From Antedon mediterranea (lineage: Eukaryota > Animalia > Echinodermata), in contig NC_092674.1 in the NCBI RefSeq assembly GCF_964355755.1, forward strand, positions 2,852,001 to 2,916,000: 64,000 bases of DNA, read 5' to 3'. Below are positions 23,476-62,008 of this stretch, piece by piece; position 1 is the first letter of the stretch, and each line of letters begins with the position of its first letter. A model generated the notes under the pieces. It was not told the origin of the DNA. It did no database searches and saw only the letters and a program-made list of their open reading frames with translations. The position numbers were made by a program, and so were the translations under genes.

Positions 23476-26400
23476 CTACGACTGGTGAACATGTACGTTT
23501 GAATTTGGTGGCGCTACAACCCTCATTGTATAGTCGGGCCGAGGATGTTTACTGATCAAATACTCGGAAATGTTTACTCCTATATCTTGCAACTTGCGAT
23601 TTTTCTCAAGTTTCTGGTTGTTTTCTTTTATTTGCATCTACAAAATGAAATAATCATCATGGTTTAACAAATAAATTAACAGGGTAGACAATTAATAAAT
23701 AAATGAATTTTAATACTTTTAGTACTCAACTGTTTAATTATAAATGATTGGATGTGTTAGTGGAGCTAATTAGATAAATTATTTGGAATTAGATTAGAAG
23801 TAGATTCGAACCAAAAATCACACTTTGTGGAAGGTTACCTCAATCTTTGCCATCTCTTCTTCTTTATGCTGTTGCACTTTGTCATGGTGAGCTTTCTTCG
23901 CTACTTCTAACTCATAATTCCGAGATTGCCTATAAAAAAAGAATTAATACAAAAAAGTTCATCTATGTAATTAAGGTTGTTGTATGTCTTCTATTTTAAA
24001 TCAACTTAGTACAATGAATTATAAACTAAACAAATTATCACAAATATGTATAAAACATATAAAGCAAATTAAGGAAGTTTGGTTGAAAAAAAAAACTCAC
24101 AATTCTAACTCTTGTGTATGCTTTAGTGTACCTATCTCCAGTTGTTGCTCTGATAAATAAAAATGTATTTTAATAATAATATAGTTATCTGTTATTTTAT
24201 AGCTGGGGTATGTTGAGTACAAAGTAGGATAATCTATTTACAGTACAATTGTTATAGGTAATCGTCTCTCTATACTATCAAACTTTATTTGACAAAAAAA
24301 TGTGATGACATCATATCACTACCGTATTTGGGATTATCACACCTTTTTTGTCAAACTAGTTTGATAGTGTGGACAGAGCTTTATAGAAGGTAGAGACTAA
24401 CTTAGTGTGCTCTGGCTAATTTCGCTCTTCAACTTCATGTCGGTCAAAGACTGCTCCTGTTCTTCAGTTTCCATCTATGAATATAAAAACATATTACTAA
24501 TTTAAGTATAAACATCAAAAGTGCTTAAAATATAATATACAAAGAGATATATGTTGTATCAAACTATAAGAAATGAAACTTTCTTTTAAGAAAATGTAAA
24601 TAATAAATTCTAACCATAAGTTTTAAACGAGTCCTAGTTTCTACAGACTTATGGTGAAGTTGTTCTAGTGCAGCGTTGGCGTGGTAACCACGAAATACGA
24701 CCTTTGACACTGTATATCCAATCAACTTGCTTCGTTCCATCAATTCTGGATAGCTCTCCACTTTGTTCAACTCACCGCATTTGGTGTTGAATTCTTCGTA
24801 GGTTACTTGTGAGGTAAAGGTCACGACATCAGCAGAAACATCACTTAAATTGAAATTGGCATAATTGTAATGAATAAACATGATTTATTCACAACAATAT
24901 TGTCTACACCATATATGGTAGTGATATTCCCAAATATGGTAGTGATATGACATCATCATGTCCATATATGGGCACATCACATTTTTTTGTCACATAAGGT
25001 ATGATAGCAAAATTAAACATAGATAAATTATTATCAGATGTTTTGCTTATATGCTTATATATTTATGAACCCCGTCTTATAATGTTTGTTTTGTTAAAAT
25101 TATAATTACTATCTTTTTAGGGACCACATTGGAATTAAGTTGTTTTACTTTAAACGACTTTATGTGTTTTCCTGTGCATCGTCAGACTTCATTAATCCCG
25201 CCATTTTTATTTGCTTTTTTGATGTATTTTAATATTTAAGGTGATAATATATATTATTGATGTATTTTTAATGTTATGTATTGAGATGCCAAATAAATGA
25301 AAGAAAAAAAGAAAATAGCATAGACAGAGCTTAAGATAAATTCTAATTAGCATAATTGTAATGAATAAACATGACTTACTAAATGAGAAAACTTACTTAA
25401 TGAGATCTGCAATGGGGTCTGAAGTTCTTGAAAGCTGTTAAATTAAGACAAATTTGTACCTTATTATTATTAAAATTAAGATTTACAGTTTATTAAATGT
25501 TTTAAATTAAAATATAAAAAATAATTGCATACCATGAGTTCAATATCACTAAGTTCAAAGAAAATCATTAATTTAACTCTCAACAAAGCGTCATCTTTTG
25601 TTCGGACATCTTCCACCTACAAAATAAAAATATCTTCTACGTTATTTTCTCTTATATAAAATAATTCTGATAATTATTCTTGTTTATTATTAACAGCACT
25701 TACGTTTTGTTGAAAAAAAATTGTTAACAGAAATTTTAAATCCAGAACATTTCAGTAGAGTGCAGGAGAGGATAAAAAACGGAAGTATATATATTAACTT
25801 AATTTTAATATTTAAATTTTGCAAAAATGTTTTGACAATTACTGTATTAAAAATATGTTGAAAAGTAGGATTGTACACACATTAAAGTAGAGTTGATCCG
25901 GAATAACCCAAAGCTTTTTGAAATTCAGAATTCCCGGAAGCTTCCTTGTTTTATTACTTGGATCTGTACCATGCCATGAAAACTCATGGAGCCTAGAGAT
26001 AATATTGACATAGAAATAAATTAAAACAAAAAAATAATGCATAAGACATATTGAAAGGTGAGGAGCAAATGAAGCTTGTACACATTAAAGCAAAATATTT
26101 TTTTTTAAAGTTTTTTTAAATGTAGAAGTGAGGCAGTCACTGTGATAAATAATTGCATAATTGGTTAAAGAGTATAATACAAATGTAGTTACTGCAGTAA
26201 CTGCAGTAGAATAATTTTGAAATGGTCCTTTGTAAACACCTCAATAAATTCAATAATTTCAGAAAACGAAATTTTTTATTTTAAAATTGTTGGCCATAAC
26301 ACACACCATTCATTGGATTTTGGAGAGAAGAGAGTCGGACCATACTGGAGCCTTCGAGTCATTTGACCTTTTTCATCGGATCCGTAGACAACGACGACCT

Positions 26401-28016
26401 CATTGGCATCGAGTGTAAGGCAGTCTTCAGGGTAGACAGATGAGTGTATCATAGGATTCAAATACACCCTACAGGGTCTGTAAAAATGAATACAATTCAA
26501 AATGTAAGAAAAGTTGTACAAGCACAAAGGTCAAATTCAATTCAGTCCTGATATGAATGAAACAGTACATTCTGCACTCTTGTCTTTATTCCATAATTTT
26601 TACTATATTATGAAGACCGGGTGTTATACACTTGTCAATGACCCACTATACGACCCCCGTCATGTACAAATAATTACTGACGCAGGGGTGCGTCAAAAAA
26701 CCTAGAAGGTACGTCACATCAATGAACGGTGGTGTGTCAATGTCCGTCACTTTACCACTCAAAATATCATAAACACTTACATGGTCACAGTGCGTCAAAA
26801 TGGGTGCATTCCATGGTCACCTAAAGGTAAATCACATTTTTTATGCAAGGGTGCGTCATGGTATTCATAAGGCATGATGCCCACCGGAAAAATGACGCAC
26901 CTCTTCCAGGGTAGTAGGTCATATAATTGACAAGTGCATTAGCAATACTTCGATAGATAGCAGTTTACATGATGCTACACTACACACTGACTTGTCTCTG
27001 TTACTTACCCTTCTTTATGTTCAACATCACCATTTTTAAATCGTATTTTTAAAAATTGTTTTTGACTAGCCACTATGTGTCTCAATATTTCAAACCTTCT
27101 TGACCGCCAAAGAAAAACCTAAAAAAATGTGTTTACAGATGTTATTTATTTCAAAGAAAATTATACAGAAAATGCAACTAGTTATTTAAAAACTTTTAAG
27201 ATAATAAAGTCCTTACCCGTTTTGGACCATGCTCAATTCTTGCTTCTCCTTGGCTATTGTACACCAGGGCCTTTATTGATACAAGAGAATGGGTTAGTGT
27301 CCAATAATAAGTTTGTTATCAACTCCAAAATTCATAGAACTTCATAATTCTATTCCCCATCATCATTATTTAGTACAAGGGTTAAGCTGGCTTTAATATT
27401 CACGATCGTATTATTTACTCATTATTTTCTAGAAGAATTTTTTTTTTTTTTTGGAGGGGGAAATTTAAAGGTGGCCGAAGCACTGTAAATAATTTAGGAA
27501 AAAAGGACTCGTGGATATCTGAACAAAATTAATTTTTTTAACAAAAAATAAATGGTACACTGTTTACGGTAGTTTATAACATTCCTCCCAATAAAAAAAA
27601 GATATATTTATAAATAATAATTATCACCTAATAATATTAAATATAATTTGTTTATTAATAAATTTTATTTATAATAATATAGTTTCATCATTTCTGATTC
27701 AACCCACCAGTCTAGAATAAAAAAATAACATTACGGTTTTAAACGTATCCCGTGTGTAAGTATGGTGCACTGCGACCCCATTGCGGCTACTAAAATAGGT
27801 TGGTTAGCTAGCCTAGTAGTAGTAGAAGTAGCTAGCCTAGTAGTAGTAGAAGCAGCTAATATTTAATAGAGTGAATTAGGGAATACTAACCTAGAACCTC
27901 TAGGTAGGGTAGGCCTAGACCCTCCCTGTATTATCTAGGCTTACTTTACTAGATCAGAAAACAACATCATATACCTGGTCACCCTCATCAAGGGTTTTAA
28001 ACATAAATTGGCCCAT
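23476..28016 (-). CDS. Short major-vault-protein-like / SPFH (band 7) domain protein, 404 aa
   Basis: 12 phase-compatible GT-AG exons: 28016-27975, 27270-27217, 27118-27009, 26477-26307, 25992-25881, 25616-25533, 25434-25397, 24843-24615, 24474-24402, 24149-24101, 23929-23839, 23637-23476 (1215 nt). Three GP-containing beta repeats, then VEDVRTKDDALLRVKLMIFFEL..DPIADLIN..GYTVSKVVFRGY (SPFH-like), then coiled coil. Confidence 0.8.
26627..26937. mobile_element. MITE-like element with cacttgtcaat / attgacaagtg termini
   Basis: Inverted termini and internal tgacgca/tgcgtca repeats within an intron of the MVP-like gene. Confidence 0.5.
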
Positions 28017-30396
28017 CCTTATACCAGCCTGCAGCAGTAACAACAGTCTTTATTTTATAAAGGAAGAAGACGGTTAATCTAGTAGCAGCCTCGTCACTTC
28101 TTCTTTCTCACGCCTCAATTCAACTCAACAACCGACAACAACAATACGTAATTTCTATTTTTATCGATAACGTCATTATTGCTCTCATTATAAATGAATA
28201 TTCATTAACTGTTGTGAATAATTAATCTACATAAACAAAACGTGATTTTGCTATTATTAAAAGTTCATTAATTCAACTGATTGCCGAGATTAATTTTCCT
28301 AGAATGTACATGGTCTGATAAATCTATGTTTAGGCCTACATTCCACCCACATTACAAATTAATTTTGGTCTGTGTGTATTCCATGTTGGTATAAAAAAAT
28401 AAATTTTTCAATTTTTTCTCGCAGTTCCGGTTGTGGTACAGACAAACAGGCTACAGCACATTAAAGTTCACAATTGACCATTTTTAAATGCCATTTTTGA
28501 ATTTATAGAATAATATTTTTGTTGGCAAATAATACATTGTTTGAAAGGTATACACATTTTAAATGCTGTGTATATATAAATAACTTATAGTGAAAAATGG
28601 GCATGTGATTCATAATTAAAGAACTCTCTGTGATTTGCGATTAAATTAAAGGACATCTTTTTAATAATTAATCATAAATTATTAATCAAAAGAACAATGT
28701 CATGAAGCACCAGTGCCAAATTTACAAAGTCGGAAATGAGATATTTGTCTTCAATTATCGTACCAAAACGGTGAGAATCGCGCAGAATGTGTAAATCAGT
28801 GCACATCACAGAGATGTAATAAAATCTTTGGTGCACATTTATCATAATGTGCTACCGCCCTCTCTTCTCCAATTTTAATGTTTACGTCGTACGAATAATT
28901 ATGATTATCATAATTTTTCAATTGGTCGAAAAGGGGGTGTGTAGGTACAGTACGCGTGTACAAAAACACGCTCTCGACGTGATCGTTATTTTCAACATCG
29001 CACATGCTGGAGCAATAATAGACCTTAGATTTTCCATCTTTTCTCATTTTTGGTACTTGTGAGTTAAAATACGTTATATTTTAATAGATTTACATTAGTA
29101 GGAAATTGTAGCGTGAATTTTGAGCTTGCTTCACTGATTAAAAACGATAAATTTTAGTTCTGTAAGAGTGTAAGATGCAATTTTTCACAAAATCCGTACG
29201 GTGTTTCCCCGGCCCCCGCATTTACCGCATCATTTGAGATAAGCAGTTCCATCCATGCATGATGGCATGATGGCCTAACTGGAGGTGTGAAATTAGATAC
29301 GGTACCTCCATGATAAAATTAAACAGTCAATTGTATTGTACTGTGTTGCCATTTGTTGACGGTACTCATGGTGCATGTATCCTCAAACTTTCATTTGATT
29401 TACTTTGAATTAATCATTTTCACAGAGACAAGCTAAAAAATAAACATAAATTAACATGAATAAATAGTAGTAGCCATAGATTCATGTCACGAAGTTCCCT
29501 CCTGATACTTCACACTTTACAGGGGGTCCTTGACTCCTTCAAAGTCAATATATAGGCCTAGGTCCTAGATTACATAGATAATTATGAATGGTGATGTGTA
29601 CTTTCAGGTGACCTTTATCCAGGTATCAGGTTAATCAATAATTTGTCCCTGTGCACTACATATACTAGGCCTAGCACAAAACGAGGAAGTTTACAAACAT
29701 ATATAATGTTTTAAAATAAAAAAATGAAGATGTAACATAGGTATACTAAAAACCAACAACAAGCTACGAATAGCGACCTTCTCAGTTTTTCTTGGGTTGG
29801 ATTTGAACCCATAACTTCGATCCAATCACAGACCTGATCTGGATCACAAACCTGCTTATGACAGATAAGAAAAGATGATGATATCAAATAAAAAGTAGAA
29901 TCCCTCCACTGAGACATCTCTATTCAGGGGACAATTCCTATTATATTCACAGTGACACTTTTTCATGAAAAAAAACGAGGGGAAACACTTTTAAAACTAC
30001 AGTTGACCCCTATTCAGGGACACTGATCCACCATATTAACTGACACTGGTTCTGCAGACTCTCTACTCTGCTGTAGTTGGATGTAAAAAATTGTTCAAAG
30101 GTTTTTGGTCAAATAATGTTCTACTTACAGTAAGGCTACAGTATGTCTACACTATTATTAAACTAGTTTAACAAAAAAAAAGTAGGATGTGCAAAAATAT
30201 GGTAGTGATGTGCCTAAATTTGGTAGTGATATGACATCATCATGTCCATATATGGGCTAACCACATTTGTTGTCACATAAAGTTTGATAGTGTAGAATAC
30301 GGGCGTTAGTCAGAACTTCGGTCAATTGACAATATGTAAAATGTGAAATTATTTTAGGTAAACTAGACTATAATCCAGAATTGAGTGAACATCAAA

Positions 30397-44240
<13,844 letters not shown>

Positions 44241-45154
44241 ATTGGCTTGTAGGTGCTGAAACAACGAAATCAACTAGCGGAATTAGTGAACATTTTTTAT
44301 TACAATAAAAATAAATAAATTTAATCGGCTACATTTTATGTACAGTAATTGTTGAGTTATTTTAAAATTCTGTTTAGATGCTGTAAAATAAAATGATTGT
44401 GTTTTAACTGTTTTATTGTTGACAATGTCAGTATTCTTGATTTAATTCTGAAATTGAATGTTTTAATTGATTGAATTATTTGGTGCTTTTTGAAAATGCC
44501 AGTGTTAAATAATGAAATGATATTGCAATATAGTAAACACATTAAAATGTGATTTGTAAATAAATTTTAAATGTAATATCCCAGAATCAGACTCTCTGAA
44601 TAACAGAAATTCTCCCCATCAATAATGCAGTAAAAATCAATCATATTAAACCACTATTATTAACATTCTTGTTAATACCTACTGTACTTCTGAAAAATGT
44701 TGATCTACTTTATAAAGCTCTGTCCACACTATCAAACTTGATGTGACAAAAAATGTGATGTGCCTATATATGGACACGATGATGTCATATCACTATCATA
44801 TTTGGGCACATCACACTTTTTTTCAGACTAGTTTTATAGTGGAGACGGAGCTTTAGAAAATAAACCTTGTTACCTGAAATAAAAATTCTGAAATAAGTTT
44901 TGAATTGTATTGTTGTTTGGCAGTGTACTGTTTCAATAGTTAAATGCACATGTTTAGTTCAATAATTAATAAATTTATGCAAGTCACTTTTACAGTAATT
45001 TGTTGTGCCAAGTAAATAAACATGATTTGATTCCACTCACTAGTTTTATTTCTTTGCCTGGCTTTATAAAAAAAACTGTTAAAAGTGGAACGAAAACCAA
45101 CAGAAGTTCATCATCATCTTACTATACTGTGCAGAACCTTATTTGAGTATAGTC

Positions 45155-45600
45155 GCACATGATTGAATTGACCCAGAGGGCCCAGTTATGATCAGTGGCT
45201 GTGATGTAATAGTACACCGGGATAACCCCCTACTCACATGGTTGAATTGAATTGACCCAGAGGGCCCAGTTATGATCAGTGGCTGTGATGTACTAGTACA
45301 CCGGGATAACCACCTACTCACATGGTTGAATTGAATTGACCCAGAGGGCCCAGTTATGATCAGTGGCTGTGATGTACTAGTACACCGGGATAACCACCTA
45401 CTCGTCTCGAAAGATGTACTAGGTTTTTAAAGTGCACATGAGCTAGATGTGTACACTGGACCTACGGTTTACATTCCTTATCCGAGAAGACTCGTTCTAC
45501 CACCATGGAGTGAGTGAACCTCAAATCCTTGCTAATGTTCCTTGCTGATTGTATTGAGTGCATTATGAGTGCAAACAAGCCTAGACTTGCCACACTAGAC
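45155..45600 (-). mobile_element. SINE related to the 51370-51724 element, with a tandemly triplicated ~84-bp 3' segment
   Basis: Shares ggataacc.cctactc and gtgtacactggacctacggttta..ccttatc.gagaagact.gtt..accacca with the SINE at 51.4-51.7 kb; three repeats at 45155-45403. Confidence 0.65.
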
Positions 45601-48175
45601 TTTTTTCCAGACCAAACTGAGTAACTGTATGTATTGTCAACTTTTTCCAACTTGTTTACCCATATGGGCCTGATCTGTGGTGTAATTCTAAGCATAACTG
45701 AAGTATTTGCATTTACAGCGTCTACAATACAAAATGTAAAGCCTTTACAGAAACAACTACTACATAGGATAATTGGCTGATTTACCTATTTATTTCACAG
45801 ACAATACTCGGATAGATCTATAGTGCACAAAAACAGAGAAAATTTGACAGAGGAGAGAAAAAGATAACATAGATTTTGTATCACAGCATGGTGTATCATT
45901 GCTAGCTTGAACAATTAAGGGTACATTCACACTGAGTCAGGATTCTGGTCCAGTAGAAAGAGACAAAAATCATGGAAAATGTGTTTTTAAAGCTCTGTCT
46001 ACATTATCATACTTTATGTGACAAAAAATGTGATGTGCCCATATATGGACATGATGATGTCATATCACTACCATATTTTGGTATATCACTACTATATTTG
46101 GGCACACAACACTTTTTGTTGTCAAACAGATAGTGTAGACAGAGCTTAAACGCTCACTCACTGGACTGAATTTTGACCTGGTGCAAACGTTGTTGTTATC
46201 TATATATAAGACACCACCACCACATACAGTAATGTCTCTCATTTACATACACTTCTTTATCAACTCAGATAATAGAAAGCCTTTCAAATAAATATGTCAG
46301 GAGTAAAGTAGAATTGTTACTGCAGCAGTACTGCAGGTTATGATTTCTTATCCCAAAGGCATTGAAAACAGAGCTTGACCCTTCATCTAGTACCTGACCT
46401 GATATTATATTTACACTATCTTTCAGTTAAAACATTCATTAGGTCAAACAAATTTACATTTGGGCACTTTCGATTTGCGATGACTGAACCAATGGACTAT
46501 GTGTGTGCTTGCCTGCTGGACCACCAAACCTTTGTGGAAGTAGGGAGCGAGGAAGCATGTCCTAAGCACATTCTAACTTCCCCACATGAGCACAATGTGT
46601 TAACATGACAGTAGTTTGGTCATCGGTCAGCGCAAATCAAAAGATCCTTATTAACAGTTTGGTGGTGTACTGATCAACAAGTCTATAATGATATATTCTA
46701 TCTATTTACAAACAACCACGGAATAGGTATCAAACAATTGCATATAACATAATACCGGTACTATTATTTATGTTAACAAAAAAAAATAAATAAAAAAATA
46801 ACATTGGAAAGTCTACATTCTTAATACAGTTTTTAAATCAATTTCGTTATACTTAAATTAACAATGTGCACCAAACTACAGACCAATTTATTATGGTCTT
46901 GTGAAGACTTTGAACTTATCGGTAGCACAATTAAGCGTCCAATAGAGGATTTGTAAAACATAATTACCAGTTAATGGTAAACTATTTGTATAGAAAGCAA
47001 CAAGTCATTGTTTTCACTAATAAGGAATATCACATTAATCTCATGAGCCATTTAATATTTTTATTTTGCATATTCAATAGCTACTTATTATTCATAAGCT
47101 TATAATTTACATACTCAATAGCTACTTTTTTATTCATAAGCTAATTTACATATTCAATGGTGACCATAGTTTAATAACCTGAATATGTATTAACGCCTGA
47201 AACATCACAACTTCACACTCACAGATTTGGATAAATATATTTGTATTATATTATATACTATATCAATAAAGTTCATTAAATATTCATGATGTGCTAATGA
47301 ATATTGATGAAACAAGCTTTATATTAATGAATATTTATTATTTTATAAAATGGATTTTATCCTAAGCTGTTTATCATTGGCATTCAAACAATATTGTGTC
47401 TAGTCTACATCAGTTATTCAGCTACACTTACAAACCAAATTTATTTAATTCTATCAACTGCATTTTTGACTAATATGAATTAAAGAATAACAAACACAAT
47501 AGGTGATACGCAGTATGTTGAGTATCACCTTATTATCTAAGCTCAAATAAGCTTACTTTGAGTTTATTAATCAAAATTGATACTAAAAACAAAAGTTATC
47601 ACCTTTTAATCACAACTTTATGACATTTATTTTTCTCATTGATTTCACAATATGTTGTTATAAGCAATCTCAGTGATTTATAGTCTTTCAATTTTGTCAT
47701 ATGTGACACACTAAACAGGCAACATACTGGTTGTGTTTTACATTTTATTAACAGTAAACAAGAATTAGTAAAAGTTGAATCATCTATAATTAAACATACA
47801 GTAAACAAACTTTACAAACACAAAGAAACACGTATTTAAAAATGTGATATATTTTTTACATATTGGAAAAACATATGTATAAAACTCTTCAAAAATACAG
47901 TATTTAACTTATAAAACAATCAAATTTACACGTTATGGTTGGTGTAAAGTAATATGTAACAGATGAAAACAAACACTCAGAAAAAATAACAGATTTGGTC
48001 TTTGGCTCGAACAGACCGTCTTGAAGAGCTTGAATTTATCTAAATGACTACTTGTTCACTGTTTACATTTTCAAACTACACACCTGGGCTGAACTGTACA
48101 AGGATTACTATTGGCTGAGACAAACACAAGTAGCCAATAGGCACTGAGAACTGAGAAGCAATGAGAGAGCAGCTT

Positions 48176-48243
48176 TTAGCAGTAACAACCAGCATCTTCA
48201 GGAGAGGGGTCTTGTTCCATTGGTTTTGGTATAATAACATCAT
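48176..48243 (-). CDS. RAB6: Candidate alternative (distal) terminal coding exon of Rab6
   Basis: U12 branch point CCTTAAC (48264-48258), AG at 48245-48244, phase-1 in-frame (H)DVIIPKPMEQDPSPEDAGCYC* ending in CxC. Confidence 0.75.
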
Positions 48244-49836
48244 CTTGAGTTGTTTATGTTAAGGTTCAAATTTATTGAATATTGGACAAACAATTACAGC
48301 AGGTGAAATATAAATATATCACCTGTATGTATATTCTGTCAAAATAAAACATGTTTACTTGTCACCATATACCTGAAATGATAAATTTGTTTTAGATAAC
48401 AGTAAACTATGATTGTAATTACTTTTTAATCAATGATATAAAAGAAAAATACATACAATAATATTCTCTTTTTAATTCCATTACTACAATGTAGAATGTT
48501 AACAAAATAAAAAAAAAAGCCAGAAATGTTAACAACATTTTTTTTAAATGTCAGAAATAAAACACAAAACAAAATATTTGTTCATATAGCTTTTTAATAC
48601 AAAATCTGTATATTGTTTTGGAGAGTTGGGATACATAGAAAAAAATGTTAAAGCAAATCAAACAACAAAAAATTAATAAACAATATTTATAACAATTAAA
48701 AACAACAACATAATCGGGATTCTAATTATAAGACCCAAAGGATGCTATCGACGGAACCAATTAAGAAAAAATAATTTTACAAATGTTTTGGGAATACAGT
48801 ATATTTTTGTATAAAAAAAAAACATTTGAAACGGTCTAAAAAGCAACAAAAAAACCTAATAACAATCCTATCCAAATATTAAATCTATATAAAAATGTTT
48901 TTGAATATTATCAGTTTGTTAAATAATTTACTGTCTATATAATGTACAATTTAAATCTGCAAGTGTAATTAAAAATACCAAGGCCCAAAATATTAATATC
49001 TTTTTTGTTTATTTAACAACATTTATTTAAAAAAAACACCCTCACCATTTTCGAAACCCCAAGCCCCAGTTGTAAAAAAAAACCCCAAAATTATGTGTAA
49101 GGTGGGTCATATGTATTAACACTACAATATGCTGCACAACGCAAAACTAATTTTCTTTTCAGAGCCAACTTCAAAAGTAGTGCGGAATCAACACTTTAAA
49201 TTAGAGCAACACATGATGTGTTACAAAACAAATTACTTGGTTTTTTGAACACACTTTTTCTAACATTCTCAACCAGGCTAAATTACGTACAGTAAATTTA
49301 GACTTTGGTTGAACAGGCAGACAATATAAGTTTGGACCATTTGCAGCAAAGGAACATACAGACATACAATTCTTTTTGACTGCAGAAAAACAGTTGTATA
49401 CACACACTATCAAATGTCCATTGTGATGGCTGTAGTGGGCATAACATGATAAATGAAATATGATCAAATCTATACTATAATCATTTCAACTTTTGATGTA
49501 GCTAATCAAATTAGTTAGTATAGATAAAGTTCTAAAGTTTGTAACTTCATGCTCATGTTGTATAACAAGAAGTCTATTATAATGAATACACATGGTTGCA
49601 TACAACATCAAATATTATTACAATACAGTGTAATACATATTATAATAATTATTATTATATTTATATTACAATATATCATATTATGGACTCCACATTCAAA
49701 CAAGATCTTGTTTTTGATTTGTTAGATTTGGTGTTTCTTTCTTCTAACTACAGCGAAATGGATTGGTTATAAGAATGTGATAAGCCAATCGGATATGTGC
49801 ACATTATGTGCCCAGCCAATCACAAGAGCTGTTTCA

Positions 49837-60783
<10,947 letters not shown>

Positions 60784-61370
60784 CTGTGAAAAAATAATTG
60801 TAAATTTTAAGACAAATATTACACAAACCAGATATGGTGTTGGTAGTCTATGAGTGACGCTTACTGTACCTCGCTAATACAGTAATAAGGGGTGTTCAAT
60901 GAATTTTCTACTTTTCAAGTATACTTCACTCTTTAAGGAGAATAGGGCATTTATCGGTTTATCCAGGTAAGCTAGGCGCGACTACAGTACAGTATATGAT
61001 TAAAATCAATTTTTTGTATTTCTATAGAAGTTTGCACTGTACTGTACATGATCTTTTACTACAGTTAGTAATATTTTGCTATTACAGTACTGTGTATAGT
61101 ATGCTGGTTATAATATTAGTAATAAACTAATAGTTTTAATGAAAATAATGTTTATATTTAGGCTACCCTGGTTACATTACAATACTATATTCAACCATTT
61201 AAAAACAAAAACTTTACATGCTTTAGTGACTAATGTGAACTGATAAGATAAAAGGATGATGAAATAATAACTATGTGTTACTGTATGTCATCAACAGGTG
61301 TAACTAAATGATGAATTGAATGATTTTTACTCCTACTGTGGAGAAATCGAACCTGTAGGCTGTGACAATA

Positions 61371-62008
61371 CAGCCCACGAATTTCACGTCGGCAATCGGC
61401 AATTGCCGACCTTATTGCCGACCTTAAATTGTCAGAGGACGGCAAGAGATTGCCGACCTAGAAACTAGGCTAGATCCCTCCTTTCAAGCCTCCTAGCAAC
61501 AACATGGTACTTTAAGGGATCGTATCATTGAAATTTTAACAGGCATATTCACCACTATGTTGTGTTTAGTTAACAAACCATAGAATTAAGATGATCCCTG
61601 AATTCACTCAACCATTACATCATTTTGTGTGTTAGCTGCATGCTTTCCTATCAACCAAGCTGGCTGGGCACAGCGCTGTGCGCGACAGACCTGTGACTGT
61701 GTAGGGGAATACCCTGTTATGCTCTGTGTACGGCTAGCTCCAGAACCATGATGTTCAGCAATTAATTATCAAATAGAATTTATCTTGTAGATTTTAGTGT
61801 TAGGTTTTTATATTTTAGTTAATTTTGCTAGTTCTTTTTGCATAACATATAGCTAGGGAGGCTAGGCCTAGCTAGGCCTTTAGGTTAGCAAGAGGTTTAG
61901 GCCTTGGGGTGGATTTTCTATTTTTAGAACTGCCGAGACTGCCGACCTTGGCGAATTTAAGGTCGGCAATTTTTTGCCGACCTTCTTTTTTCTGAATTTC
62001 GTGGGCTG
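61371..62008. mobile_element. Non-autonomous DNA transposon with CA..TG ends and 7-bp target duplication (P/hAT-like)
   Basis: TIR CAGCCCACGAA; GACAATA on both sides (61364-61370, 62009-62015); multiple subterminal TGCCGACCT motifs at both ends. Confidence 0.75.
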
